The translations under genes were made by a program, and so were the position numbers. This document shows, in pieces, positions 25,201 through 36,669 of a stretch of DNA of 64,000 nt; positions within the stretch are counted from its first letter, which is position 1, and each line of letters begins with the position of its first letter. This DNA is from Mobula hypostoma (Eukaryota). The stretch spans positions 20,152,001-20,216,000 of the forward strand of contig NC_086097.1 in the NCBI RefSeq assembly GCF_963921235.1, given 5' to 3'. The notes under the pieces are model-generated. The model was not told the DNA's origin and made no database searches. It saw nothing but the letters and a program-made list of their open reading frames with translations.

Positions 25201-26205
25201 CTGTCTCCAAGCTTTCTCTTTTGTGAGCCAACCTCCTCTTCCTCAGTCTCTTCAGTTCGGTTCCCATCCTACAACAATTCTGGTTTAAACTCTCCCGGGT
25301 AGCCTTAACAAACTTCCCAACCAGGATATTGGTCCCCCGGGATTCAAGTGCAACCCATTATTTTTGTGCGGGTCACACCTGGCCCAAAAGAGGTCCCAAT
25401 GATCCAGAAATCTGAATCCCTGTCCCCTGCTCCAATCCCTCAGCCACGCATTTATCCTCCACCTCATTCCATTCCTACTCTCACTGTCGCGTGGCACAGG
25501 CAGTAATCCCGAGATTACTACCTTTGCAGTCCTGCTTCCAACTTCCTTCCTAACTCCCTGTAGTCTGTTTTCAGGATCTCTTCCCTTTTCCTCCTATGTC
25601 ATTGGTACCAATATGTACCATGACCTCTGGCTGTTCTCCCTCCCATTGCAGGATATCTTGGACTGATCTGAAACATCCAGGACCCTCGCACCTGGGAGTC
25701 AAACTACCATCCAAGTTTCTTTCCTGCATCCACAGAATTGCCTGTCTGATCCCCCAACTATAGAATCTCCTATCACTACTACCTTCCTCTTCCTTTCCCT
25801 ACCCTTCTGAGCTACAGGGCCGGACTCTGTGTCAGAAGCACGGCCACTGTTGCTTCCCCCAGGTAGGCTGTCCCCCCCAACAATACTCAAACAGGAGTAC
25901 TTATTGTCAAGATGTACAGCCACAAGGGTACTCTCTAGTACCTGACTCGTGCCCTTCCCCCTCCTGACTGTGACCCACTTGTCTGTCTCCCGTGGCCTCG
26001 GTGTGACCGCCTGCCTATAACTCCTTTCTATCACCTCCTTGCTCTCCCTGACTAAATGAAGGTCACCGAGCTGCATCTCCACTTCCCTAACACGGTCCCT
26101 TAGGAGCTGCAGCTCAACACACCGGGTGCAGATATGGCTGTCTGGGAGACTCCAGGCCTTCCCACATCTGACACCGAGCACAGAAAACCGGCCACAGGAA
26201 GCAGT
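22300..26205 (-). mobile_element. Near full-length degenerate CR1 (second family)
   Basis: ORF1 fragments (VIGDSIV), EN (YRPP, MGDFN, SDH) and RT (QHGF, QGSVLGP, FADD) with many frameshifts. Tail at about 22300. Confidence 0.92.
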
Positions 26206-26223
26206 GAATCTTTACCAGATTTC

Positions 26224-26926
26224 AACAGACAATAGGTGCAGGAGTAGGCCATTCGGCCCTTTGAGCCAGCACCGCCATTCACTGATCATGGCTGATCATC
26301 CACTATCAGTATCCAGTTCCTGCCTTATCTCCATAACCTTTGATTCCACTATCTTTAAGAGCTCTATCCATCTCTTTTTTGAAAGCATCCAGAGACTTGG
26401 CCTCCACAGGCTTCTGGGGCAGAGCATTCCATATATCCACCACTCTCTGGGTGAAAAAGTTTTTCCTCAACTCTGTTCTAAATGGCCGACCTCTTATTCT
26501 TAAACTGTGGCCTCTGGTTCTGGACTCACCCATCAGCGGGAACATGCTTCCTGCCTGCAGCATGTCCAATCCCTTAATAATCTTACATGTTTCAATAAGA
26601 TCCCCTCTCAGCCTTCTAAATTCCAGAATATACAAGCCCAGTCGCTCCAATCTTTCAACATATGACAGACCTGCCATCCCGGGAATTAACCTTGTGAACC
26701 TACGCTGCACTCCCTCAATAGCAAGAATGTCCTTCCTCAAATTTGGAGACCAAAACTGCACACAGTACTCCAGGTGTGGTCTCACCAGGGCCCTGTACGG
26801 CTGCAGACGGACCTCTTTGCTCTTATACTCAATTCCCCTTGTTATGACGGCCAGCATGCCATTAGTTTTTTTCACTGCCCGCTGTACTTGCATGCTTGCT
26901 TTCAGTGACTGATGTACAAGAACACC
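26224..26926 (-). mobile_element. CR1 3' fragment (third subfamily)
   Basis: ORF 26306-26893 LVRPHLEYCVQFWSP...FFTQRVV, followed by a 3' UTR. Confidence 0.9.
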
Positions 26927-27195
26927 TTGATTTCAATCAAGTGGTTGTCTTAAACTAAATGCTAGTTAATGAACGTGACAAGGAAGTTAATGTTTTATAA
27001 TCCTTTAGATGCAGAGGTTCCCATTTTTTTTAATGCCATGGACTAATATCAGTACGCAAGGGTCTGAGGAACTCAGGTTGGGAACCCCTGCTAGAGACAC
27101 TAAATATGGCCCTGAAACCCCTAGTACTGTCATCAGTTATATTTCATTCCACCTTCATGTACAAGAATAAACTGGTATACAAACAAGAGAAAATC

Positions 27196-28090
27196 TTCAG
27201 ATGCTGGAAACCCAACACACAAAATGCTGGAGGGACTCAGCAGGCCAGGCAGCATCTATGAAAAAGAGTACGGTCAACGTTTTGGGCAGAGACCTTTCAG
27301 TAGGACTGGAGGGGGAAAAATAAATGAGTAGATTTAAAAGGTGGGGTGAGGGGAGGGAGAAAGAAACACACGGTGATAGGTGAAATCGGGAGGGGAAGGG
27401 ATGGAATAAAGAGCTGGGAAGTTGATTGGTAAAAGAGTGACAGGCTGGAGAAAGGGAATCTAACAGGAGAGAAAGAAAAGAAGGGGAGGAGCACAGAGGG
27501 ATGTGATGGGCAGGCAAGGAGATAAGGTGAGAGAGGAAATGGGGATGAGGACTGGTGGGGGGGGGAAGGGGGTTGGTGGCGCATCACTGGAAGTTTGGAA
27601 AAAAAATCGATATTCATGCAATCAGGTTGGAGGCTCACCAGAAAGAGTAAAAGGTGTTGCTCCTCCACCCTGAGTGTGGCCTCTGTGGCAATGGTAGAGA
27701 GGCGGTGGATTGACATATCGGAATGGAAATGAGAAGTGGAATTAAAATGGGTGGTCACTGGGAGATCCTTTTTTTGTTCTGTTGAATGGAGCGTAGGTGC
27801 TTGGCAAAGCAGTCTCCCAATCTATGGGAGACACCTTTTCTTTTCTTCCATGGCCTTCTGTCCTCTGCTATTAGATTCACCCTTCTCCAGCCTTGTATGT
27901 CATTCACCAATCAACTTCCCAGCTCTTTACTTCAGCCCTGCCCCTGCTGGTATCACCAATCACCTTGTGTTTCTCCCTCCCACCCTTTTAACTCCAGTCC
28001 TGCAGAAGGATCTCAGCCTGAAACGCCAACTGTACTTTTTCTATAGATGCTGCCTGACCCGCAGGGTTCCTCCAGCATTCTGTATGTGTT
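27196..28090. mobile_element. Penelope-like remnant with inverted partial copy
   Basis: EATLRVEEQHL...LQPDCMNIDF on the minus strand. 27832-28090 is an inverted copy of about 27210-27480. Confidence 0.75.
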
Positions 28091-28967
28091 AAAAGGCCAA
28101 TCCAATATTGGCTTTAATCCTTCTTTCCTGCTCTCCTCATACCCTTTGTCTCCCCTTATAATTTGAATCTCAGTCATTACCTTGAATCAATTCAATGCCT
28201 GGCAGAGTATTCTAAAGATTAACAGGCTGCGTGGTAGAAATTGCACGACAACAGACAAGGCGGCTCTAGAACAGGTATTCAAAACTGCCCAAAGCATCAC
28301 CGGCACCAGCCTACCCATCAAAGGACATAGGAAAAGGACCAATAACGCCATGACAGATCCCACCCACCCTGCCCATGGACTGTGCCCCATTCCATCAGGG
28401 AGGAGGCTACGCAGCATCCATGCCGGGACCACTAGACTCAAAAACAGTTACTTTCCCCAAGCACTAATGCCGATCCACACCTCCACAAACACACCCAAAC
28501 CCCCCCAACCACTTTATCACTTCCTGTCAGTCATCTTATGTACAGACACTCCTGTACCTAGCATCACTCTACAGCCGTACAATCAATGTATACAAGCTTT
28601 CTCGTGTATTTATATTTGTGTTTTTTTAAAAATCTGAATGTGGTTTCTTGTGCTGCATCAGATCTGGAGAAATAATTGTTTCATTCTCCTTTCCATTTGT
28701 GCACTGGAAATGACATTATACCAATCTTGAACAATTAGAAGAAATCCTTTGTCTTCTCAATCTGAAATGGGTAACCCCTTATCCGACACCGATGCCTCCT
28801 AATTCTTGAAAGCTACTCAAAGAGAATCATCTTCTTGGCATCCACCTTACCAATACTGTTTCAAAGAGTTGTATTCTTTGGATATTATGAGATCAACGAG
28901 TGTATGAAAAGTACATGAAATAACTCAGGAATTAACCATGCGAGTCTTCTCTGAGAACAGTTCAAAG

Positions 28968-29007
<40 letters not shown>
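28968..29007. repeat. (TA)n microsatellite
   Basis: Direct observation. Confidence 0.95.
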
Positions 29008-29011
<4 letters not shown>

Positions 29012-29210
29012 ATATTAAATATAAAGGTCAAAACAGTACACTGTACACTAAATTTAGACTCACCCACATCTTGTGATGTTGTATCTAAACTAAACAACTT
29101 TCAAGCTGCTTTGCATTATCTGTCCTAATAACTTGCCGGACCTGCATGCTAACTCTTACACAAAGTTGTAGATACATCTCAGTGCAGCACCGAAAACCAG
29201 CCTTCCTTTC

Positions 29211-29248
29211 TAGTCCTGACGAAGGGTCTCGGCCTGAAACGTCGACTG
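29211..29248 (+). ncRNA. Minimal type-I hammerhead ribozyme motif (Penelope-associated)
   Basis: TAGTC-CTGACGA-AGGGTCTCGGCCT-GAAAC-GTC-GACTG: core boxes, stem I, stem II, palindromic ACGT stem III. Confidence 0.75.
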
Positions 29249-29479
29249 CGCCTCTTCCTATAGATGCTGCCTGGCCTGCTGCGTTCACCAGCAACTTTGA
29301 TGTATGTTGCTTCCTTTCACGCTGTCTACTTCTCACTATCAGTAAAGCAGCCAGCATAATTACATTCTTCTCCTCTGCTGTTAAATCTCTTAAACACACC
29401 TCTTGTATGTGAAAAATAAATTCATGACTTCAAAATCTACCTAGTCATGGCCAGTACCCCTGATTGTCTATTTGCCCTG

Positions 29480-30327
29480 CACTATATTTGCTATTACAAA
29501 AAATAAGAGACATCTTGGGAATCAAAGTTGGTGGTGAAAACATCAATAATTTCAGATATGCGGATGACACTGTGTTAATTGCAAGTACGGAGGAAGAACT
29601 ACAAGACCTAATTGATATAGTTGTTGAAGAATGTGCAAAAATGGGTCTATCTATCAATCGTAAAAAGACGATGTATGGTGATATCCAAAAAAGAGAATCC
29701 TATCTGTAGGCTGAAAATAAACAGGGAAGACATAAAACAAGTACAGAACTTTTGCAACTTAGGAAGCTGGGTGACATCAGATGGCAGGTGCGACATGGAC
29801 ATCAAAAGAAGAATAGGGATGGCAAAAGACACCTTTACGAGAATAAAGAGTATACTGACCAATACTAAACTAGGCATGACAACCCGCCTCAGAGTACTGA
29901 AGTGTTACTATCCAGTTATGTTATATGGATCAGAATGTTGGACAATATCTAATAACGTGAGGAAATGAATTGAAGCAGCAGAGATGTGGTTTTTGAGGAG
30001 GAAAGAATATTATGGACGAAACGAATATCTAACGAGGATGTCATGAACAGAACAAGCACAGAAAGAAATAATGTATGAGGTCATGAAAAGGCAACATAAC
30101 TTCATTGGACATGTGATTAGGAAAGAGGAGTTAGAATGCATGGTAATTATGGAAAAGACTGAAGGGAAGAAAGCAAGAGGAAGGAAAAGACAAATGATGA
30201 AGGAGACAGCAGCCAGAGAACTGGAAATGAATACCAGTGAATTGATCCACTTGACCTGAAACAGGAGTGTGTGGGCCATGGCAGTCAAAGCTCAATCTGG
30301 GCATGGCACCTGATGAAGATGACGAAG
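29480..30327 (+). mobile_element. RTE-clade LINE 3' fragment
   Basis: GIKVGGENINNFRYADDTVLIA, DIKRRIGMAK, MLYGSECW, and a (TGA/GAT)n-like tail. Confidence 0.88.
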
Positions 30328-31172
30328 ATATTTGCTATTGTTAAGATTACCGTATTCTGCATTCTACATTTTTGCCTTGTAATACTTCAGTAAAGTGATT
30401 CATCTATGTTTTTCACTGTAATTCACTACACAATTAACAAACCACTTCCAATTCCAATTATGTCTTAAGTACCAAATTCCCCAACCCCTTGGTACCACAA
30501 CAGTCTTTTAGTTTCATTGCATTTGCTTTTCAATCCTCCCAATGGATAACCTCACATTATACTCCACCTTTCCAAGTTTTCGTCCAGTCACTCAACTGAT
30601 CAAGTTCCTGGGATGGCAAGGACTTTAGGTGGGTGGACTATGGTGTATTGACTATAGTTTAGAAGAAAGATTGGATCACTCATTTGAAATATATAAAATT
30701 CTATAAGGATGAAATGATTCCCTTTTCATAAAACCCCTGCTTGATTTCCTGCTTTCACCTTGATATGGAGGCTTTAGAAAGGAGGCAGAAGAGGTTCACA
30801 AAGATGCTATCTGGATTAGAGGGCATGTGTTACACAGAGATGGGAACATACTTCTGGGAAAGTGGCAGAAACAGGTTGGGTAGCAATGTTTAAGAGGCAC
30901 TTAGACAGACATGAACAAGCAGGGAACAGACTGCCATCACTCAGGACAAGCCCTCTTATTGCTACCATCCAGAAGACACAGGAGTTGAAGACACACACTC
31001 AATTTTAGGAACCAGTTCTTCCCACCCCTCCACACCAACAGATTTCTGCACAGATAATAAACCCATGTACACTATGTCACTACTTTTTGCTCTCTTTTTG
31101 AGTTACTTATTTAACTTTATAAATATATATATTTTTAGTTATTTATAGTTTTAAATTATGTATTGTAATGTA

Positions 31173-32075
31173 CAGTCAGCCCTCCTTATCCGCGAGGGAT
31201 TGGTTCCGGGACCCCTCGCGGATACCAATAAACACGGATGCTCAAGTCCCTGATTCAACCTGTCTCAATGCAGTGGACCTTAGGACCCAGCGGAACCCCG
31301 GACCTTATTTAACCTGTCTCAGTATGGTGGACATTAGGGCCTGGCAGCAGAGCTCTGAATCTGCAGTGTTTCTGCTCACGAAAATAATCACGATCACGAT
31401 TGAGAATAAAGTGGAAATAATAAAGCGATCAGAAAGAGGTGAAATGTCATCAGTCATTGGAAAAGCATTAGACTACAGTCGGTCAACGATTGGAACAATT
31501 TTAAAGGATAAAGTGAGAAAGGCCCTGCCCCGATTAAAGTTACAATTATTACTAAGCAACACAGTGATTTAATTATTGGGTTCTGAAGTTTTGGGTTTTT
31601 GATCCTCCACATCAACCCAGCATGGATGGAGCGCGTGCTCAGGAGCGGTCTGTCACTGGATCGAACTTCCGTTCCCAAGCCCATTGCTGAAACATACGTT
31701 TCTTAAGTATTTTATGTGCATAGAAAGGTAAAATATATACTATATACTAAGACAAACGTTTGACTAACTGACGCTAAATAATACCAGATGTACCTGTTCC
31801 GACTTACTTAGTAAGAGAACTTCCGGTTTTTTATTGATCCCGATCCACGATAACCTATGCACATCCTCCCATATACTTTAACTCATGTCTAGATTACTTA
31901 CAATATCTAATACAATGTAAATAGTTGTTATACTGTATTGTTTAGGGAACAATGTCAAGAAAAAAGGTCTGTACATGCACGAACAACAAGCACTGGAACA
32001 GCACTTCCAGGTTTTCTCAATTCGCGGTTGGTTGAATTCGCACATGCGGAACTCGCGGATAACAAGGGCCGACAG
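31173..32075 (+). mobile_element. Tigger/pogo-type non-autonomous DNA transposon
   Basis: TIRs CAGTCAGCCCTCCTTATCCGCG / CGCGGATAACAAGGGCCGACAG, TA TSD, CENP-B-like HTH remnant ITIENKVEIIKRSERGE...STIGTILKDK. Confidence 0.9.
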
Positions 32076-32497
32076 TACTGCTTCCATAAAACAATACATT
32101 TCATGACATAAGCCAGTGATAGTAATCTTAATTCCGGGAGCTAGAGACCACATGCAGAGAGGTGGGATTAGTTAGAGTGGATCGTGATGGTGGGCCACGT
32201 GACTTGTTCCTGCGCTGTTCTTTATTTCACGTTCTAACATCACCAGGGAAACAGTTTACTACATGCACTGCCCAGTTCAAGGTAGCAAGCTCTGTCATCC
32301 TATAAAGCAGCAGTCCCCAACCACCGGGCTGCGAGGAAACGATATGAATTGGCGATATGAGTCAGCTGCACCTTTCCTCATTCCCTGTCATGCCCACTGT
32401 TGAGCTTGAACACACGCGAGGTCATTACCCGCGCGTCATCCATGTCAGCACGGGAAGGAGATCAACTCCCCGAGCTTGCAAATGACGGCAGGCTGAA

Positions 32498-35455
32498 ATG
32501 TTTGACATAACATCTCTGTCGGCATTCTGGATCAAAGTCAAGGCTAAGTATCCTGAGATAGCCACGAAAGCACTGAAAATGTTGCTTCCATTTGGCAGGC
32601 CGACAAATCCAGGGCAAGCATTAAAAAGGGCTAAGAGAGTTGTAAAAGAGCGCCTGAAGGCTTTATGTGTCAATGCAAGGAGCATTCGTAATAAGGTGGA
32701 TGAATTGAAAGTGCAGATTGTTATTAATGATTATGATATAGTTGGGATCACAGAGACATGGCTCCAGGGTGACCAGGGATGGGAGCTCAACGTTCAGGGA
32801 TATTCAATATTCAGGAGGGATAGACACGAAGGAAGGGGAGGTGGGGTGGCGTTGCTGGTTAAAAAAGAGATTAACGCAATAGAAAGGAAGGACATAAGCC
32901 GGGAAGATGTGGAATCGATATGGGTAGAGCTGCGTAACACTAAGGGGCAGAAGACGCTGCTGGGAGTTGTGTACAGGCCACCTAACAGTAGTAGTGAGGT
33001 CGGAGATGGTATTAAACAGGAAATTAGAAATGTGTGCAATAAAGGAACAGCAGTTATAATGGGTGACTTCAATCTACATGTAGACTGGGTGAACCAAATT
33101 GGTAAAGGTGCTGAGGAAGAGGATTTCTTGGAATGTATGCGGGATGGTTTTTTGAACCAACATGTCGAGGAACCGACTAGAGAGCAGGCTATTCTGGACT
33201 GGGTTTTGAGCAATGAGGAAGGGTTAATTAGCGATCTTGTCGTGAGAGGCCCCTTGGGTAAGAGTGACCATAATATGGTGGAATTCTTCATTAACATGGA
33301 GAGTGACGTAGTTAATTCAGAAACAAAGGTTCTGAACTTAAAGAGGGGTAACTTTGAAGGTATGAGACATGAATTAGCTAAGATAGACTGGCAAATGACA
33401 CTTCAAGGATTGACGGTGGATATGCAATGGCAGGCATTTAAAGGTTGCATGGATGAACTACAACAATTGTTCATCCCAGTTTGGCAAAAGAATAAATCAA
33501 GGAAGGTAGTGCACCCGTGGCTGACAAGAGAAATTAGGGATAGTATCAATTCCAAAGAAGTAGCATACAAATTAGCCAGAGAAAGTGGCTCACCTGAGGA
33601 CTGGGAGAAATTCAGAGTTCAGCAGAGGAGGACAAAGGGCTTAATTAGGAAGGGGAAAAAAGATTATGAGAGAAAACTGGCAGAGAACATAAAAACGGAC
33701 TGTAAAAGCTTTTATAGATATGTAAAAAGGAAAAGACTGATAAAGACAAATGTAGGTCCCCTGCAAACAGAAACAGGTGAATTGATTATGGGGAGCAAGG
33801 ACATGGCAGACCAATTGAATAATTACTTTGGTTCTGTCTTCACTAAGGAGGACATAAATAATCTTCCAGAAATAGTAAGGGACAGAGGGTCCAGTGAGAT
33901 GGAGGAACTGAGCGAAATACATGTTAGTAGGGAAGTGGTGTTAGGTAAATTGAAGGGATTGAAGGCAGATAAATCCCCAGGGCCAGATGGTCTGCATCCC
34001 AGAGTGCTTAAGGAAGTGGCCCAAGAAATAGTGGATGCATTAGTGATAATTTTTCAAAACTCGTTAGATTCTGGACTAGTTCCTGAGGATTGGAGGGTGG
34101 CTAATGTAACCCCACTTTTTAAAAAAGGAGGGAGAGAGAAACCGGGGAATTATAGGCCGGTTAGCCTAACGTCGGTGGTGGGGAAACTGCTGGAGTCAGT
34201 TATCAAGGATGTGATAACAGCACATTTGGAAAGCGGTGAAATGATCGGACAAAGTCAGCATGGATTTGTGAAAGGAAAATCATGTCTGACGAATCTCATA
34301 GAATTTTTTGAGGATGTAACTAGTAGAGTGGATAGGGGAGAACCAGTGGATGTGGTATATTTGGATTTTCAAAAGGCTTTTGACAAGGTCCCACACAGGA
34401 GATTAGTGTGCAAACTTAAAGCACATGGTATTGGGGGTAAGGTATTGGTGTGGGTGGAGAATTGGTTAGCAGACAGGAAGCAAAGAGTGGGAATAAACGG
34501 GACCTTTTCAGAATGGCAGGCGGTGACTAGTGGGGTACCGCAAGGCTCAGTGCTGGGACCCCAGTTGTTTACAATATATATTAATGACTTGGATGAGGGA
34601 ATTAAATGCAGCATCTCCAAGTTTGCGGATGACACGAAGCTGGGTGGCAGTGTTAGCAGTGAGGAGGATGCTAAGAGGATGCAGGGTGACTTGGATAGGT
34701 TGGGTGAGTGGGCAAACTCATGGCAGATGCAATTTAATGTGGATAAATGTGAAGTTATCCACTTTGGTGGCAAAAATAGGAAAACAGATTATTATCTGAA
34801 TGGTGGCCGATTAGGAAAAGGGGAGGTGCAACGAGACCTGGGTGTCATTATACACCAGTCATTGAAAGTGGGCATGCAGGTACAGCAGGCGGTGAAAAAG
34901 GCGAACGGTATGCTGGCATTTATAGCGAGAGGATTCGAGTACAGGAGCAGGGAGGTACTACTGCAGTTGTACAAGGCCTTGGTGAGACCACACCTGGAGT
35001 ATTGTGTGCAGTTTTGGTCCCCTAATCTGAGGAAAGACATCCTTGCCATAGAGGGAGTACAAAGAAGGTTCACCAGATTGATTCCTGGGATGGCAGGTCT
35101 TTCATATGAAGAAAGACTGGATGAACTGGGCTTGTACTCGTTGGAATTTAGAAGATTGAGGGGGGATCTGATTGAAACGTATAAGATCCTAAAGGGATTG
35201 GACAGGCTAGATGCGGGAAGATTGTTCCCGATGTTGGGGAGGTCTAGAACGAGGGGTCACAGTTTGAGGATAGAGGGGAAGTCTTTTAGGACCGAGGTTA
35301 GGAAAAACTTCTTCACACAGAGAGTGGTGAATCTGTGGAATTCTCTGCCACAGCAAACTGTTGAGGCCAGTTCATTAGCTATGTTTAAAAGGAAGTTAGA
35401 TATGGCCCTTGTGGCTACAGGGGTCACGGGGTATGGAGGGAAGGCTGGGTTCTGA
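32498..35455 (+). CDS. Chimeric ORF: 32 aa of hAT transposase C-terminus plus intact CR1 ORF2 (985 aa)
   Basis: Real ATG at 32498. FWIKVKAKYPEIATKALKMLLPF (hAT dimerization region) runs in frame into CR1 GRPTNPGQ. Expression unknown. Confidence 0.7.
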   Translation: MFDITSLSAFWIKVKAKYPEIATKALKMLLPFGRPTNPGQALKRAKRVVKERLKALCVNARSIRNKVDELKVQIVINDYDIVGITETWLQGDQGWELNVQGYSIFRRDRHEGRGGGVALLVKKEINAIERKDISREDVESIWVELRNTKGQKTLLGVVYRPPNSSSEVGDGIKQEIRNVCNKGTAVIMGDFNLHVDWVNQIGKGAEEEDFLECMRDGFLNQHVEEPTREQAILDWVLSNEEGLISDLVVRGPLGKSDHNMVEFFINMESDVVNSETKVLNLKRGNFEGMRHELAKIDWQMTLQGLTVDMQWQAFKGCMDELQQLFIPVWQKNKSRKVVHPWLTREIRDSINSKEVAYKLARESGSPEDWEKFRVQQRRTKGLIRKGKKDYERKLAENIKTDCKSFYRYVKRKRLIKTNVGPLQTETGELIMGSKDMADQLNNYFGSVFTKEDINNLPEIVRDRGSSEMEELSEIHVSREVVLGKLKGLKADKSPGPDGLHPRVLKEVAQEIVDALVIIFQNSLDSGLVPEDWRVANVTPLFKKGGREKPGNYRPVSLTSVVGKLLESVIKDVITAHLESGEMIGQSQHGFVKGKSCLTNLIEFFEDVTSRVDRGEPVDVVYLDFQKAFDKVPHRRLVCKLKAHGIGGKVLVWVENWLADRKQRVGINGTFSEWQAVTSGVPQGSVLGPQLFTIYINDLDEGIKCSISKFADDTKLGGSVSSEEDAKRMQGDLDRLGEWANSWQMQFNVDKCEVIHFGGKNRKTDYYLNGGRLGKGEVQRDLGVIIHQSLKVGMQVQQAVKKANGMLAFIARGFEYRSREVLLQLYKALVRPHLEYCVQFWSPNLRKDILAIEGVQRRFTRLIPGMAGLSYEERLDELGLYSLEFRRLRGDLIETYKILKGLDRLDAGRLFPMLGRSRTRGHSLRIEGKSFRTEVRKNFFTQRVVNLWNSLPQQTVEASSLAMFKRKLDMALVATGVTGYGGKAGF

Positions 35456-35551
35456 GTTGGATGATCAGCCATGATCATAATAAATGGCGGTGCAGGCTCG
35501 AAGGGCCGAATGGCCTACTCCTGCACCTATTTTCTATGTTTCTATGTTTCT
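32594..35551 (+). mobile_element. 5'-truncated CR1, near-identical to 13089-17392
   Basis: Colinear with about 14432-17390, same (TTTCTATG)n tail, short TSD ATTT (32590-93 / 35552-55). Confidence 0.95.
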
Positions 35552-35798
35552 ATTTCCAGCATACCTCTGCAATGAATGCAACAAAAACTAAATTGCGGAA
35601 TAGACTGGACATAAGGAACCCTGTTCGAGTATCACTGTCTCTCATCACCGTGTTGTTGTAGGAAAACAAGCCCAGGGCTCCCACTGATTCAGCGATATTG
35701 GTGTGTTGCAATGGTTTTATATGTTCATACGGGTAAAATATGTGCTGTGTGTTTAATATCCAAACGTTACTTAAAATGTTATGATGCTATTGACTTAT

Positions 35799-36020
35799 AT
35801 AACCATATAACAATTACAGCATGGAAATGGGCCATCTCTGCCCTTCTGTCCGTGCTGAACGCTACTCTCACCTAGTCCCACTGACCTGCATCAGCCCATA
35901 GCCCTCCATTCCTTTCCTGTCTATATACCTATCCAATTTTTCTTTAAATGATAATATCAAACCCGCCTCTACCACTTCTACCGGAAGTTCTTTCAACACT
36001 TACTTCCAGCTCCCCTGATA
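35799..36020 (-). mobile_element. Short CR1 3'-end insertion within the hAT element
   Basis: CR1-type 3' UTR and tail in reverse, flanked by the 10-bp direct repeat ATTGACTTAT (35789-98, 36021-30). Confidence 0.75.
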
Positions 36021-36639
36021 ATTGACTTATCACTATATTCATGCGAGGAAAATATGTGCTGTGTGTTTAACATTAAATTCATTAGATAAACCCTTTCGTA
36101 AACAAAATTGAGTGTATTAGCCACTTATCACCTATATTCCGGTCGTGATTACCCCCCCCCCCCCGGAACAGAACCACTAAAAACGATTTGTAGAAAAAAA
36201 AATCGGCACGTACACACGTCACGCATGCGCACTGGTGCCCGCGCAAGGCTTCATGGTCATTGTAGTATTCCTGGAGTAAACCCAACGTATTTGGCTGCTA
36301 CTCTTGTCCGTTGGCAACCCCACCCCACCCCCACCACCCCCAGGTCGGCCGGTCCGCAAGAATATTGTCAATATTAAACCGGTCCGCAATGCAAAAAAGG
36401 TTGGGGACCCCTGCTATAAAGAAGTGTTAGTCATACAGTATCAAAAACACCACACTGGATGAAGAGCAAGGAAACAGACTGCACCAGTTTTTATATTTAC
36501 CATGTATTCAATATTAATAAATTACAAAATATTATAATTCAGTCCTACAGATCAAACAGCAGGAAATTAAAAGCTTTTGCCGCCAGCATTCTCAGTATCC
36601 TTGGGAGACAGGAGACCTGCAGCAGTTGCAGAATACAAT

Positions 36640-36669
36640 TCATTTACTGACAAACGCCATGATCTGGTC
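36640..36669 (-). CDS. COQ6: COQ6 terminal coding exon DQIMAFVSK*
   Basis: Polypyrimidine tract plus CAG acceptor. Matches the C-terminus EQIMAFASK; TGA at 36642-36640. Confidence 0.94.
   Translation of the reverse strand, partial: DQIMAFVSK

Larger units (their letters stand above)
32308..36413 (+). mobile_element. Non-autonomous hAT (Charlie/Buster-like) transposon hosting two CR1 insertions
   Basis: TIRs CAGCAGTCCCCAACC / GGTTGGGGACCCCTG and a perfect 8-bp TSD CTATAAAG (32300-07, 36414-21). The transposase remnant resumes after the CR1 (AMNATKTKLRNRLDI). Confidence 0.93.
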
